The position numbers were made by a program, and so were the translations under genes. Positions 9,690 through 19,811 of a stretch of 64,000 nucleotides of DNA are shown here, in pieces. Location of the stretch: positions 128,001-192,000 of the IMG/VR virus record IMGVR_UViG_3300014000_000001; one strand, written 5' to 3'. Under the pieces are notes generated by a model. It did not search any database. It saw nothing but the letters and a program-made list of their open reading frames with translations, and was not told where the DNA came from. Numbering within the stretch: the stretch's first letter is position 1; the number at the start of each line of letters is the position of its first letter. The stretch comes from a virus. Its lineage: Duplodnaviria; Caudoviricetes.

Positions 9690-10952
9690 ATGAACCGATA
9701 TGGTGGCTTTTTAAAGATGGAAGGGTATGCGAATATCAGCTCGCGTCTAATCCCATCTTTAGTCGAAGAAGTAGCAAGAATTCGTAAAGAAGGTGATTAT
9801 TCTCAAGAAGCGATTGAGAAATCAAAACTCTCTGAAATCGTTAAAGCATTTGTTGGTATTCGTGCGGTGTTTTTTATCAGTCCGAATATTAATCGTAATG
9901 CTTTTTTCAAAATCCCTTCACTGGATAACAACCATCCCTTCTTCACTCAAGCAGGGTTTCAAAATTGGTTTGGCTCTGAATCAGGAGTGATTGTCGTTGA
10001 TCGCAATACACCGCTTGAAGGTTCAGTGGATATTAAAAATTATAAAGTCAGTGGAATCTTTTCTGAAATTGAAATCAGTATTGTGATTGGTCATTCTTGG
10101 ATGAAAGATCGTAAATATACTGATGAAGAAATTGCTGAAGTGTTAGCTCATGAAATTGGTCACGCTTATGATTACTTCCGTTTGCTAGGTAATGTTATTC
10201 GTGACAGTTGGTTGATCTCTAATGCTTCTAAAGTTGCAATTAGTGATGCTCCTCCAGAAGTTAAAGAGAAGTTATTGGTCCGCACTAAAGAACAACTAGG
10301 TGTGGACGAACTTAACTATAAAGATCTATTACAAACTGCAGATGTGAATCGAAAAGATGCTGTGGAGTTAGTATTAGTTACCAACTCTTTAATCAAAGGT
10401 GCAACCCAATCGAAAACCCCACTTTATGATGCACGAACTGTAGAGCAATCTGCAGATGCATTTGTTGCCTATCATGGCGGTGGTCGTGCCCTTGCTTCTG
10501 CTTTGGTAAAAATGAATAAAGAGAACTGGGATGTTTCTACTCGTTCTCCTGTGTCTTATATTGTGGTTGAATTAATGAAGACTTTAATCACTTTATGGAT
10601 GTTCTATGGTTCACCAATCTCAACCATCATTTGGTTATGTTACATGATCCCAAGTAACAAACTCTATGATTCTCCTGAAGCACGCGTAGAAACATTAAAG
10701 CAGAACTGTGTAAACGCATTGCGTCAGACCAAAGACCCAGAAGAGAAAAAGCAATTGCTTGAAGAAATCGCAGCAATTGATGTTTCTTTAAAAGAGTTGA
10801 AAGATCGTCGCACATTCTACGAGCTGATTTACGACACCATTACCCCGCTTGGACGTAAACGCTATCAGCAAGAGCAACATCAACAAGCGGTAAAAACCTT
10901 ATTGTTTAACGAATTGCAAGCAAAAGCAATGACTTGGAGAGATAACAAATGA
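9690..10952 (+). CDS. virion protein with HExxH zinc-metallopeptidase-like motif (phiKZ gp83-like)
   Basis: AEVLAHEIGH, downstream EQSADAF...G.GRALASALVKM (M48-like), a hydrophobic segment, and N-terminal LKME. Confidence 0.65.
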   Translation: MNRYGGFLKMEGYANISSRLIPSLVEEVARIRKEGDYSQEAIEKSKLSEIVKAFVGIRAVFFISPNINRNAFFKIPSLDNNHPFFTQAGFQNWFGSESGVIVVDRNTPLEGSVDIKNYKVSGIFSEIEISIVIGHSWMKDRKYTDEEIAEVLAHEIGHAYDYFRLLGNVIRDSWLISNASKVAISDAPPEVKEKLLVRTKEQLGVDELNYKDLLQTADVNRKDAVELVLVTNSLIKGATQSKTPLYDARTVEQSADAFVAYHGGGRALASALVKMNKENWDVSTRSPVSYIVVELMKTLITLWMFYGSPISTIIWLCYMIPSNKLYDSPEARVETLKQNCVNALRQTKDPEEKKQLLEEIAAIDVSLKELKDRRTFYELIYDTITPLGRKRYQQEQHQQAVKTLLFNELQAKAMTWRDNK

Positions 10953-11377
10953 GTGACAACAAATTACTCTTGAGTTTACAACGTTTAAATCAACATGATT
11001 TATCAGGTTATGTAACAGCCGAAAAACGCGATGTGCTTGGTATTATTACTGGGGTATTGGTTGCCATGCGCTTACCTTTACCAACTACACCAGTAACTGA
11101 AGTAGTGAACTACTACGTCTCTACTCATGAACCTGTGGCTGCAAAGATGTTCGATCAAGTGAACTCACAGTTATTCATCAATACATTAAAAGCTGCTGAA
11201 GTTGCGCGTAATGTATATATGTTCCGTTATCGTGCAGTTTATGATGATGAGTTCGTATTGAAGTTTATGCCTTTGATTTTTAATAATTCAATTGCAGCTC
11301 TTCCAGCAGGTGTAAATGAACTGATTGGAAAAGTTACCCCAGAAGTAATGGCAAAAGCAACTGAATATTATTTTTAA
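10949..11377 (+). CDS. putative virion/head protein
   Basis: 142 aa, ATGA overlap with the upstream gene; synteny. Confidence 0.65.
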   Translation: MSDNKLLLSLQRLNQHDLSGYVTAEKRDVLGIITGVLVAMRLPLPTTPVTEVVNYYVSTHEPVAAKMFDQVNSQLFINTLKAAEVARNVYMFRYRAVYDDEFVLKFMPLIFNNSIAALPAGVNELIGKVTPEVMAKATEYYF

Positions 11378-11403
11378 AAGAAAGGGGTTCGCGCCCCTTT
11401 CTT
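11378..11403 (+). terminator. stem-loop terminator
   Basis: AAGAAAGGGG-TTCGCG-CCCCTTTCTT followed by GTTTATG. Confidence 0.7.
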
Positions 11404-11424
11404 GTTTATGAAAGGTTCTAAAAA

Positions 11425-12936
11425 ATGACAAACTTTATTAGTATCGAACATGCTGCGAGCCGTCAGTTGTTAAAGCTTAAACGGCTAACATTACAAGAGT
11501 CTATCTCCCAAGCTCTAAAGCAAGAAGCTTACGATGATTCAGGGATTGACAATACTTGGGTGAGTAATTTAGAAAAAGAAGCTCCAGGGATTATTACTGC
11601 GTATTCTGGAGATCATAACTTCACTACAGCAACACCTGAAGAGAATCGTCGAGTAGTGATGGAAGCTGTTAATTCTGGAACTGCTTTAAAGGCAGGGATT
11701 GTAGCTGCAGTAATCTTATTGATTTTTAAAGTCTATCGGGTTTTAACGAACAATAAAGAATTCAATATGGGCGGGAGTGGCGGTCGTGGTACCAGTTCTT
11801 ACAATGCTCAACAGTTAGAAGAAGTACGCGCTAAAGGCAAACAAGCTTTAGAAGAACTTGAAAAAGCCAAAGAAGTTATTAATCAGGTTAAGAGCAATCC
11901 TCTGAATCGAGAAGATGACTCACCAGTTTATAAAGCCGTTGAACAAATGAACAAAGCCGCAGCAGGTAATGTCCCAGCAGATGAGCAGAAGACAAATAAA
12001 AACCCGCTAGATGAAGCTGTTAATCTTAAGTTTGAATTTTTAACTCGAGTGTTTCACTTGCTTCCATTTTATTTTATAACAAGTAGTGATGAGGCTTTTG
12101 AAACAGCATTAACGTTTTACGAGCTTTTGGTAAATTTCAACACTGGTAAAATGTCGAAGGTCTTTGACTTCCGTGTATTCATTACAAGTATGTTGAATAT
12201 GGTGGAAGATTTATCCAGTATGGATTTAATCCAGATGAGTGATAATTTGGTAAGTCCAAAATACCAAGATGTTTGGATTACTATCTGTCAAGGTATCTTT
12301 ACTGAATTTGGTAAGTTGGTTCCAGAGATTCAACAAGCAGCTTCGACGCTACAAGGAGCTAAACTTCCAGAATATGTAGAAGCGCTACAAAAAACTGTTA
12401 AACCATTTACAGCTATGGCATCTGAAATGATGGCACCGAACACCGAATCGCTAACGTCTCCAGATGGTGAAACCTTCGGAATATTTACAGATGATGAACT
12501 CTATAAACAAGCAATCGCTTATTTTGAGTCCAGTGGCCAAACAACTACAGGTTCTATTTTCTCCCGCATTGAAAAGATAGGCTCAGCAAACGAGCACTTT
12601 AAAGAATTTGTTACGTTGTATGAACGCGAGTTTGAATCATCGGACGGTAGTGGAGCAATGCAGCAAATCTATAGTAGGCTCGATCAAATCATTGCTCGAA
12701 TAAAAGAGTCAGGTGAATTAGAACCAGATGCTAAATCGGTTATGATGGCACACATCACATCTTACAAATCATTGTTCGATATAGTGATAACCCAACTATT
12801 AAAAACCCTCTTTAATTTCCGTACATCTGCTGATAAAGCTAATGTCATGTTAAAACGAATGAACTCGGATCTAGACATGATGTTGAAGAAAATCGTAGCA
12901 AGTATAGATACTGTTAAGAAAAACGAAGGAGCTTAA
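11425..12936 (+). CDS. internal head/ejection protein (phiKZ gp84-86 type)
   Basis: 503 aa; VVME followed by hydrophobic AGIVAAVILLIFKVY and a coiled coil. Confidence 0.6.
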   Translation: MTNFISIEHAASRQLLKLKRLTLQESISQALKQEAYDDSGIDNTWVSNLEKEAPGIITAYSGDHNFTTATPEENRRVVMEAVNSGTALKAGIVAAVILLIFKVYRVLTNNKEFNMGGSGGRGTSSYNAQQLEEVRAKGKQALEELEKAKEVINQVKSNPLNREDDSPVYKAVEQMNKAAAGNVPADEQKTNKNPLDEAVNLKFEFLTRVFHLLPFYFITSSDEAFETALTFYELLVNFNTGKMSKVFDFRVFITSMLNMVEDLSSMDLIQMSDNLVSPKYQDVWITICQGIFTEFGKLVPEIQQAASTLQGAKLPEYVEALQKTVKPFTAMASEMMAPNTESLTSPDGETFGIFTDDELYKQAIAYFESSGQTTTGSIFSRIEKIGSANEHFKEFVTLYEREFESSDGSGAMQQIYSRLDQIIARIKESGELEPDAKSVMMAHITSYKSLFDIVITQLLKTLFNFRTSADKANVMLKRMNSDLDMMLKKIVASIDTVKKNEGA

Positions 12937-12938
12937 TC

Positions 12939-14570
12939 ATGGCATCGTTATTACATATCGTGGATACAGACTCCTTAGAGAAAGATCCCAATTTAAAATT
13001 TGACCCCCAAAATGCATCAGCATTTTTAAATAATGACCATCCGAAATTTCAGGAATTAAAAGAAGGTCTTACTCCTGAACAGATCGAAATTCTCGAGAAC
13101 GTGACTCAGGTGGATGGATTTGAACTTAAAGACCATGATGAGAAAATTCTCAATGGAGATGAGGAGTTTATTGATCCTGACACAGGAGAGAAGATCAAAC
13201 TCGATGATACTGATCTCACCTTAGATGATCTAGGGTTTGTTGATCCGTCTAAGTTACGCACGCTTACCCTTGAAGCGTTCTATCATTTTGAAGCCTACGA
13301 GCTCCAACAGAAGATTTCAGGAGCTTATGGTGAGTTATCTACCTTAAGTAAAGAACTTGCTCGTACAGGCTATGTATCGCGCTTACAAGCGGATAACATC
13401 AATGGTTTACTCGGTGGTGGATTATACGACAATGTGGTGATGGAATCATTTACTAAACTTCCAACTAAAACTAATTTTAATTTAGTGATGGAGGAAGTTG
13501 ATCACGCCAAAGCTGCATTAGCTGCAGGTGCTGGTGTTGTAGGTGCAGCAGTGCTTTATAAGTTAATCAAATGGTTCTTAAACTCCTGGAACAAGAATGC
13601 AGTCGCGTCAGGTTCTATTGCAGGTAACATCAAAAATATGCAAGAACGTGCTGAGCGTTTGAAGAATTCAACTGATATTATTAATACTGCCAATACTGCA
13701 CTCGCTCAAACCATCCAAGATCTTAAAAACTCTGGAGAGTTAAACAACTCTTTAAAACCATTCCTTACAAAACTTCAAGGGATGCAGAATGTTTCAGATC
13801 AAAATCAAGCAATGCAGCTAATGGGTGAGCTTGAAAAAGCAGTTTCGATTAAAGCATTGAAACCTTATTATTCAAATATGTGGTTATCAATCTCTACAGG
13901 ACAACAGGTTCAAGTTGGTAGTGGTTCATTCATTGCCAATCAAGCTTTCTTTGCTGCAATTCCATTGGTGATCGGAGCGTGTAAGGAACTGCAGAATATT
14001 GTTAACTCTCAAGTTGAAAATATTCGAACCACTGGTGCTGATAAAGCGATTCAGGATAAGGATACTGAATATAAAAAAGCTTTAGATTCTTTCAAACAGT
14101 TTGGTGGAATTGTGGGTTATACCCAACAAAGTGATAACGTGTTTGAATATTGCAATGGGATGATGAATCACATTCTACAAAATATTGTTGCTCCGTTAAG
14201 TGATAGCTTTATCATTAAAGATGTTCCAAATGCCCAGAAGATGCAGGTAGTCAATGCAGAGGCATGGAATAATGTTGATGATGACTATGAAAAAGAAGTG
14301 AGTGATTTCCAAGAGAGTATCACTTCTTTAAATGGTAAAGAAGGTAAAGCTGGGGTATTTGGTATTGGTGCAAAAGCAGCTCAACCTGATAAAGTGCAGC
14401 AAGGTAATGATGTACAAAAAGATTCACGTATTGCTGAGTATGAAAAGATTACTCAAGCATTCCGTGGTTCGATGTGTGTGATGCGCGCATTACTTGCTGT
14501 TCGAAATAATTTAGGTAAAGGTTTATCTGCACTCAATAAAGAAACTGAAAAACTCTACGGTGGCAAGTAA
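12939..14570 (+). CDS. internal head/ejection protein (phiKZ gp84-86 type)
   Basis: 543 aa; acidic propeptide, VMESFTKLPTKTNFNLVMEE, then hydrophobic AAGAGVVGAAVLYKLIKWF. Confidence 0.65.
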   Translation: MASLLHIVDTDSLEKDPNLKFDPQNASAFLNNDHPKFQELKEGLTPEQIEILENVTQVDGFELKDHDEKILNGDEEFIDPDTGEKIKLDDTDLTLDDLGFVDPSKLRTLTLEAFYHFEAYELQQKISGAYGELSTLSKELARTGYVSRLQADNINGLLGGGLYDNVVMESFTKLPTKTNFNLVMEEVDHAKAALAAGAGVVGAAVLYKLIKWFLNSWNKNAVASGSIAGNIKNMQERAERLKNSTDIINTANTALAQTIQDLKNSGELNNSLKPFLTKLQGMQNVSDQNQAMQLMGELEKAVSIKALKPYYSNMWLSISTGQQVQVGSGSFIANQAFFAAIPLVIGACKELQNIVNSQVENIRTTGADKAIQDKDTEYKKALDSFKQFGGIVGYTQQSDNVFEYCNGMMNHILQNIVAPLSDSFIIKDVPNAQKMQVVNAEAWNNVDDDYEKEVSDFQESITSLNGKEGKAGVFGIGAKAAQPDKVQQGNDVQKDSRIAEYEKITQAFRGSMCVMRALLAVRNNLGKGLSALNKETEKLYGGK

Positions 14571-14575
14571 AGACG

Positions 14576-14601
14576 ATGATCCCTACCTAGGTAGGGATCA
14601 T
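14576..14601. terminator. terminator (perfect 26-bp palindrome)
   Basis: ATGATCCCTACCTAGGTAGGGATCAT. Confidence 0.75.
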
Positions 14602-14617
14602 TCTCCTATGCTCAAAT

Positions 14618-14665
14618 CATTAATCTCAATTTATTTCAGATATATATTATCTAGGTGAATCAAGT
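14618..14665 (+). promoter_or_regulatory. putative early (virion RNAP) promoter, copy 1
   Basis: CATTAATCTCAATTTATTTCAGATATATATTATCTAGGTGAATCAAGT; core TATATTAT resembles the phiKZ early motif TATATTAC. Confidence 0.75.
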
Positions 14666-14708
14666 CGTTCTTAATACGACCATCTTATTTAATCTAGAGG
14701 TAATTAAA

Positions 14709-15107
14709 ATGAATATTGAAGTTATGAATGTAGTCAAAAATGCAATGATTAAAGACATCAAAGAAAACCCAACTAAAATTGCTGAGTTAGAAACTAACCC
14801 AGCTATAGCTGTAAGCTATAGTGATATTGAAGGTTTCTGTGCACTTTATCCGAATAAAGAAGCAGCTTTAGTTGCTTTAGAAGAAGTCAAAAATCTTCCA
14901 GACGTAGATGATTTATCCCTATCCTCTAACGGGTTAGTGGTGTCATGTACATTCCTAATTCCTAACGAAGCTCAAGGATTTGAGTTAGAATTGTACTGTG
15001 GTTGTGCTCAAGCGGTTGCAGAATTAAGTGGTACTGAGTTCATTTCAAATTGGGTGGACTTACATCATCGCGCTAACCAAATGTGGATGGCTGATACATC
15101 GTTCTAA
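14709..15107 (+). CDS. putative early hypothetical protein
   Basis: ATG 14709 follows SD AGAGGT; the track start 14655 lies inside the promoter. Confidence 0.7.
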   Translation: MNIEVMNVVKNAMIKDIKENPTKIAELETNPAIAVSYSDIEGFCALYPNKEAALVALEEVKNLPDVDDLSLSSNGLVVSCTFLIPNEAQGFELELYCGCAQAVAELSGTEFISNWVDLHHRANQMWMADTSF

Positions 15108-15216
15108 AAATGATTTACCCGTATTGGATGTTTGGGGTTATAAAACGTCCTGCCAGTCATGGTGAAAATATGAATAACTTAATATCAGAATCATTCTATG
15201 TACAGGTAATTAAAAT

Positions 15217-15492
15217 ATGAAAAATTCACAAGTAACAATGGCGATCGTAATTACAATCATCGTAGGTATTGTTAGCTACTACTTTGCAGCTAACAAGGAG
15301 AATGTAACCATGGCAAACGCCATGGTTAAAGCTGGTCTATCTGCGCCAGAATACGTGGATATTGAATATTCCACAGAAAAGAAAGATCTATATATCGTCA
15401 AGTACGGTCTGGGCGGCCGTACCTGTAAATCTTTCATTAAAATGGAAGATGGTGTAATTACCGAGGAATTCGGTAAGAAGTGCTGGGGGTAA
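15217..15492 (+). CDS. small membrane-anchored protein
   Basis: N-terminal TM segment MAIVITIIVGIVSYYFAA, SD CAGGT, two Cys. Confidence 0.7.
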   Translation: MKNSQVTMAIVITIIVGIVSYYFAANKENVTMANAMVKAGLSAPEYVDIEYSTEKKDLYIVKYGLGGRTCKSFIKMEDGVITEEFGKKCWG

Positions 15493-15494
15493 AT

Positions 15495-15578
15495 ATGCAA
15501 GCATTTCTATATTCTTCTGGAGCATTAGGCTTGTTAGGCTTAATGCTCATTCTCTCAACTATTGTTCATGGAGTTTAA
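15495..15578 (+). CDS. putative 27-aa hydrophobic micropeptide
   Basis: MQAFLYSSGALGLLGLMLILSTIVHGV; SD GGGGGT; starts 2 nt after the previous stop. Confidence 0.45.
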   Translation: MQAFLYSSGALGLLGLMLILSTIVHGV

Positions 15579-15583
15579 TTAAA

Positions 15584-15661
15584 ATGAACACACCTCTCCC
15601 TTTCGACATTATCATTCCAAACAATCCTTATAAAGATTGTCCTTGGAAAGACTGTCGATAA
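15584..15661 (+). CDS. putative 25-aa micropeptide
   Basis: MNTPLPFDIIIPNNPYKDCPWKDCR; SD GGAG; ends immediately before a terminator. Confidence 0.35.
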   Translation: MNTPLPFDIIIPNNPYKDCPWKDCR

Positions 15662-15665
15662 ACAT

Positions 15666-15697
15666 AAAAGAAGAGTACCCTAGGGTACTCTTCTTTT
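15666..15697. terminator. bidirectional terminator (perfect 32-bp palindrome)
   Basis: AAAAGAAGAGTACCCTAGGGTACTCTTCTTTT between convergent genes. Confidence 0.8.
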
Positions 15698-15710
15698 TTT
15701 ATGCTATTAA

Positions 15711-18662
15711 TCAATTTTCACGTTTAGAATGCCACACAAATTCAATCTCTACATCATCTTCAATCACAAGTTCAAGCTTAGAGTTGACGCTTAATCGCTT
15801 ACCGATAGATGGTGTAGTCAATGCATCAACTACAGTGATGGTGTTATATTCGTCATTCATGAAACCTTTTAAATCAATCCCAAGAATATTTTCACCTAAG
15901 TTATCGCTTACCGCTTTAGTTAGATCGGATACTGACATAGTTTGTTTGGTTTGTAATACAGTTTGAATCACTGTCTTAGTAGTTAACTCTAAACTATTTC
16001 TTAAGTCAATGTTGTTATAAACTGCATCACCTACAAATAAACGAATGTATAACTGCTGATCAGATTTCACTAAAGCTTTAATGCCGTTCTCTACATAAAC
16101 TTCAATTGAACCCACAGTTGATTTAGGATGATACAACACAGAAGTACGTTGTAGCAATTCTGGAGTGACTTGATCTCTTAGGATATCAAATACCCAACTA
16201 TCGATAGTATTCAACACAGTTTTCACATAACTAATGGTTGCACTGTGGGTAGTTAAGTAATATAGACCATCCATTACCACTAAATCATATTGGCATTTAA
16301 GTCCACGTAACCCCTCTTTAAGAACAGGCTCTCCATTCTCAAGAACAATATCACCCACTTTATGTTTGTATTGAATCACCCCATCAATCACAACCGTCTC
16401 ACCTTTACGATGTAAATAGATCGGCTCTAATTTTTTGGTTTCAGGATTATACCAAAGTTCAATCACACCATTACTATCACGTTGATAAACATCTTCTGAG
16501 TAAACCGCAGGGATATCTTCTTCATAAAGTTTATAGTCGTTGATGTCAATTGTGGTTCGTGCACGATTCCAAATATTAGACATGTAACTACCAAGTTTCA
16601 AACTGATTCGTTCTTGAATCAATGCAGCTTGAATGGTTTGTCCATCATAGTTGGTTAATGAGAATAGGTTAATCACATTATCCATCGTAGTTGGTGTGAA
16701 TCCAACAGGCTGATAGCCTTTAACAATGATAAATACATCCATATCACATTCAAGCGGAACAGGAATGAATGAATCACTTAAAATTAACTGATGATCTGAG
16801 TTTATATCCCAATTGGTATTTAGGTCGAAACGATAAACATAAGAGTCGTTCAAGGGTCGTCCTGTATTAACATCTACAGGGGTATCGAGTACTCCATTAA
16901 GATAGTAACGATTCTCCCCACTCTCATCAGTATAACTAATTTGTAAACTGATATCGCTTAAGGGAATCTCTTTAAAGTTATCCCCTACAGCAATACCTAG
17001 ATACAATGTATAACCACTCATGTCAGTGTTCATAACCAATTGATAGTTATAAACCCCTGCATCTAACTGCAACGTTGGGTTTTCATCCACGGTGTATTTG
17101 TTAGAGATTTTAGGATCATCTAAACGGTACGGACGAACTGCGTATTCGTTGTTACTCACATCATGTACGTAGAAGTACGGAGTGTAAACCAATTCATTAG
17201 CATTAGCCCAAGTCGCTAAAGATTCAGGTGCAGTGATGGCTGGGTCAGTCATTGTAGCAACAGTATCATTGTCCACTACATTTAGCACCCCATTCACCAC
17301 ATTGTAAAGTGTGTTAGGGAGTACGGTGACACGACTACCGTTGTCACGAGAGGTGACTAATCCCGCTAAAATCTCCATGGTGGTTTGGTGGGATTGTACA
17401 TTACAGCCCATTCCCGTCACGGTTAAATTCACATCTGGAGTAGGTAATAACTTAGAAGCAGCAAAGATACGATCCGTGACGTTATCAATTACCAAAGTAG
17501 AACTCATTCCATAATCCATGAGTTTGTTATTTAATTCCAATTCAGTAATTGGAATGCCTTCGCTAATTGATGAACGATTGATGACTCTATTTTTTGCTTC
17601 ATTGAAACTTAAACGATTACGACCACCGATAATAGTATCTGTAGAATAAACTCGAAGAATAGAGAAACTCCCGAGCAATCCTGCATACTTGTTATTAGGA
17701 TTGTTATAATCAAAATACTGTAACTTGTAAGCGGCTTCACTGTAGTTAACTAGAGGGTGTTCAATTTCGCCTTTAGTGGTGTAGATATCCAAACGTACTT
17801 CTGAACCCATCATTCCATTAATCAGATAAAATGGAGGAATACATAAGGTAATTTCTCCATCTCCTTCAATTAACTGAATCGTAGTTTTGTTACGGTTTAA
17901 TGCTTTTAAGCGACGAGTAACATCAATTTCAATCCAACTTGAAGATTGGCTAAAACGGGTGTAAGCTTTGAGCCTAAATAAATTATCATTGATTTTAATA
18001 CTGCGTCTAAACCCTGAACTTTGTGATACAGGTATTACACTAGATTTAAGTGCAACTTGTACCACTTCTAATGGGAACATAATTACATCTACATCATTGT
18101 AACGCAGATATTTAAATTCGATCAATGCGTTAGTGATGGTGCCTAGTGTATCATCTCCTGAAAGATTATACTTAATACTGATGTTACCGTGACGATTGAT
18201 CCGAATAGTGAACGGATACTTAAACATCAAAGTATAATCACCCACAGTGATTTGAGTATGTCTGGGAAACTCAACCATCTTAATATCAGAATCATCACTA
18301 ATTGGCAAGGCTTTTTGTTTTAACTCACCCACTGCCATAAAGATGTTAATCGTAGCTTCCCCAGGTTGAGAAACCATTTCTTCTAAATCGTCATCTTGCT
18401 GGTGTAGATAAAGCTCATCCCACTTATCGACTGCAGGTGCGTATAAACTACGGGTTAAGGTTCTAAATTCTTGCAACACTGAAGTGCTGGTGAGGATACC
18501 AGCCTCAATTGGACCCATCATTGGATTTGATGGGTTGAATAAGGTTACGGTCCCTTCGGTATTTTGTTGAATTCCATTTAAGATAATTCGATGAATTTCA
18601 GATGGGTTAAAATTGAGTTGTTGGATTTGATCAACAATATCTCTAGATGTAATATCAGCCAT
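15711..18662 (-). CDS. virion structural protein, probable baseplate wedge (phiKZ gp87-like)
   Basis: 983 aa; PSNP N-terminal motif and gp6/J-like GGRNRLSFNEAKNRVI; synteny. Confidence 0.7.
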   Translation of the reverse strand: MADITSRDIVDQIQQLNFNPSEIHRIILNGIQQNTEGTVTLFNPSNPMMGPIEAGILTSTSVLQEFRTLTRSLYAPAVDKWDELYLHQQDDDLEEMVSQPGEATINIFMAVGELKQKALPISDDSDIKMVEFPRHTQITVGDYTLMFKYPFTIRINRHGNISIKYNLSGDDTLGTITNALIEFKYLRYNDVDVIMFPLEVVQVALKSSVIPVSQSSGFRRSIKINDNLFRLKAYTRFSQSSSWIEIDVTRRLKALNRNKTTIQLIEGDGEITLCIPPFYLINGMMGSEVRLDIYTTKGEIEHPLVNYSEAAYKLQYFDYNNPNNKYAGLLGSFSILRVYSTDTIIGGRNRLSFNEAKNRVINRSSISEGIPITELELNNKLMDYGMSSTLVIDNVTDRIFAASKLLPTPDVNLTVTGMGCNVQSHQTTMEILAGLVTSRDNGSRVTVLPNTLYNVVNGVLNVVDNDTVATMTDPAITAPESLATWANANELVYTPYFYVHDVSNNEYAVRPYRLDDPKISNKYTVDENPTLQLDAGVYNYQLVMNTDMSGYTLYLGIAVGDNFKEIPLSDISLQISYTDESGENRYYLNGVLDTPVDVNTGRPLNDSYVYRFDLNTNWDINSDHQLILSDSFIPVPLECDMDVFIIVKGYQPVGFTPTTMDNVINLFSLTNYDGQTIQAALIQERISLKLGSYMSNIWNRARTTIDINDYKLYEEDIPAVYSEDVYQRDSNGVIELWYNPETKKLEPIYLHRKGETVVIDGVIQYKHKVGDIVLENGEPVLKEGLRGLKCQYDLVVMDGLYYLTTHSATISYVKTVLNTIDSWVFDILRDQVTPELLQRTSVLYHPKSTVGSIEVYVENGIKALVKSDQQLYIRLFVGDAVYNNIDLRNSLELTTKTVIQTVLQTKQTMSVSDLTKAVSDNLGENILGIDLKGFMNDEYNTITVVDALTTPSIGKRLSVNSKLELVIEDDVEIEFVWHSKREN

Positions 18663-19782
18663 TACTTACACTCTCCATAACTTCTTTATAGCGATCATTC
18701 GGTACATACCACTCAAGTTCACTGGTGGCAAGGTTAATCCAAGGGTAACCTTCATCGCGAAAATACTTACGATAAAACGCAGGAATCTTGGTGTATAAAC
18801 GACTTCGATTCGTTGGGAACATATTGGGGTTAAAATCAACTACAGTAATATTAAAAGCAACCGCAGTATAAGGATCATAATACATTGCTCCTTGACACTT
18901 CCAAGACATACTGATGGTGTCTTGTCTTTGGTTTACAGGTTTAGTAGAATCGTAGTCGAACGATGCACCTGTATTTGACGCGGTGGGGAAAGACGCACCA
19001 GTACATGCAATCTTTTGCACGAAGGTTTTAGTTTGATCCATTACTAACCGATATATACGAGTTTCAAAATCTTTCTCCATATCCATAATGGAGTCGATCC
19101 AAGGAATCCATTGTTCGTCAGTTTTAGCCAAGGTAGCGCCCGTTACCCAACTATGGAACATTAACCCCAAAGGATCACCACGCATATTAACGTGGCTACT
19201 GTTTAAATCAAATGTACCAAAATACTTCGAAATGCCATCGTACATCGACCATTGCTCACGCATAATCCCTTCTTGTGAGGTGTAAGTATCAACATTGATA
19301 TCTGGCCATCCTGTTAAAGAAATCAAGCTGTTTGACAATATTGATATGAACGGAAATAGAGGATCTACGAGAGGGCATGAATATTTTGGCGATGGTAAGG
19401 CGTCGGGTACTGTGAAACCCACTGGGCTCCCTGAGCCTATTGGATCTAAATATGCCCGCACTGCCCTTGGGATGGTCAATGCATCATCATTTAATAAATA
19501 AAGTAATGAGCGGTCAGTTAAACAATTTTTATCACTAAACTTCATTCGAGGTCGAGTGAAAAAAGTATAACCATGTTGATCGTAATTCGCTGGAAAAGCA
19601 CCACCTGTGTTGAAATGATTAATCCCCCTGAATGCACGAGTCATTGCAGTGTAGACTGCACCTGGACCTTCAGCAAACAAAGCATCAATCATATCACGGG
19701 TGACCCCAACTAAGGTACCATCAGTAAATCCATTTTGTTCTAATGTTGCTCGGATATCTGAGTTAAAATTAAATTCTTGCAT
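18655..19782 (-). CDS. virion structural protein, tube-like baseplate/tail initiator (phiKZ gp88-like)
   Basis: 375 aa; GYTFFTRP and SLTGWPD motifs; synteny. Confidence 0.7.
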   Translation of the reverse strand: MQEFNFNSDIRATLEQNGFTDGTLVGVTRDMIDALFAEGPGAVYTAMTRAFRGINHFNTGGAFPANYDQHGYTFFTRPRMKFSDKNCLTDRSLLYLLNDDALTIPRAVRAYLDPIGSGSPVGFTVPDALPSPKYSCPLVDPLFPFISILSNSLISLTGWPDINVDTYTSQEGIMREQWSMYDGISKYFGTFDLNSSHVNMRGDPLGLMFHSWVTGATLAKTDEQWIPWIDSIMDMEKDFETRIYRLVMDQTKTFVQKIACTGASFPTASNTGASFDYDSTKPVNQRQDTISMSWKCQGAMYYDPYTAVAFNITVVDFNPNMFPTNRSRLYTKIPAFYRKYFRDEGYPWINLATSELEWYVPNDRYKEVMESVSNG

Positions 19783-19811
19783 TTCACAAACCTTCTAGTG
19801 AGGAAAAGTTA

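Noticed and set aside
15637-15966. 109-aa plus-strand ORF
   Set aside because: It spans a terminator and is antisense to the baseplate gene.
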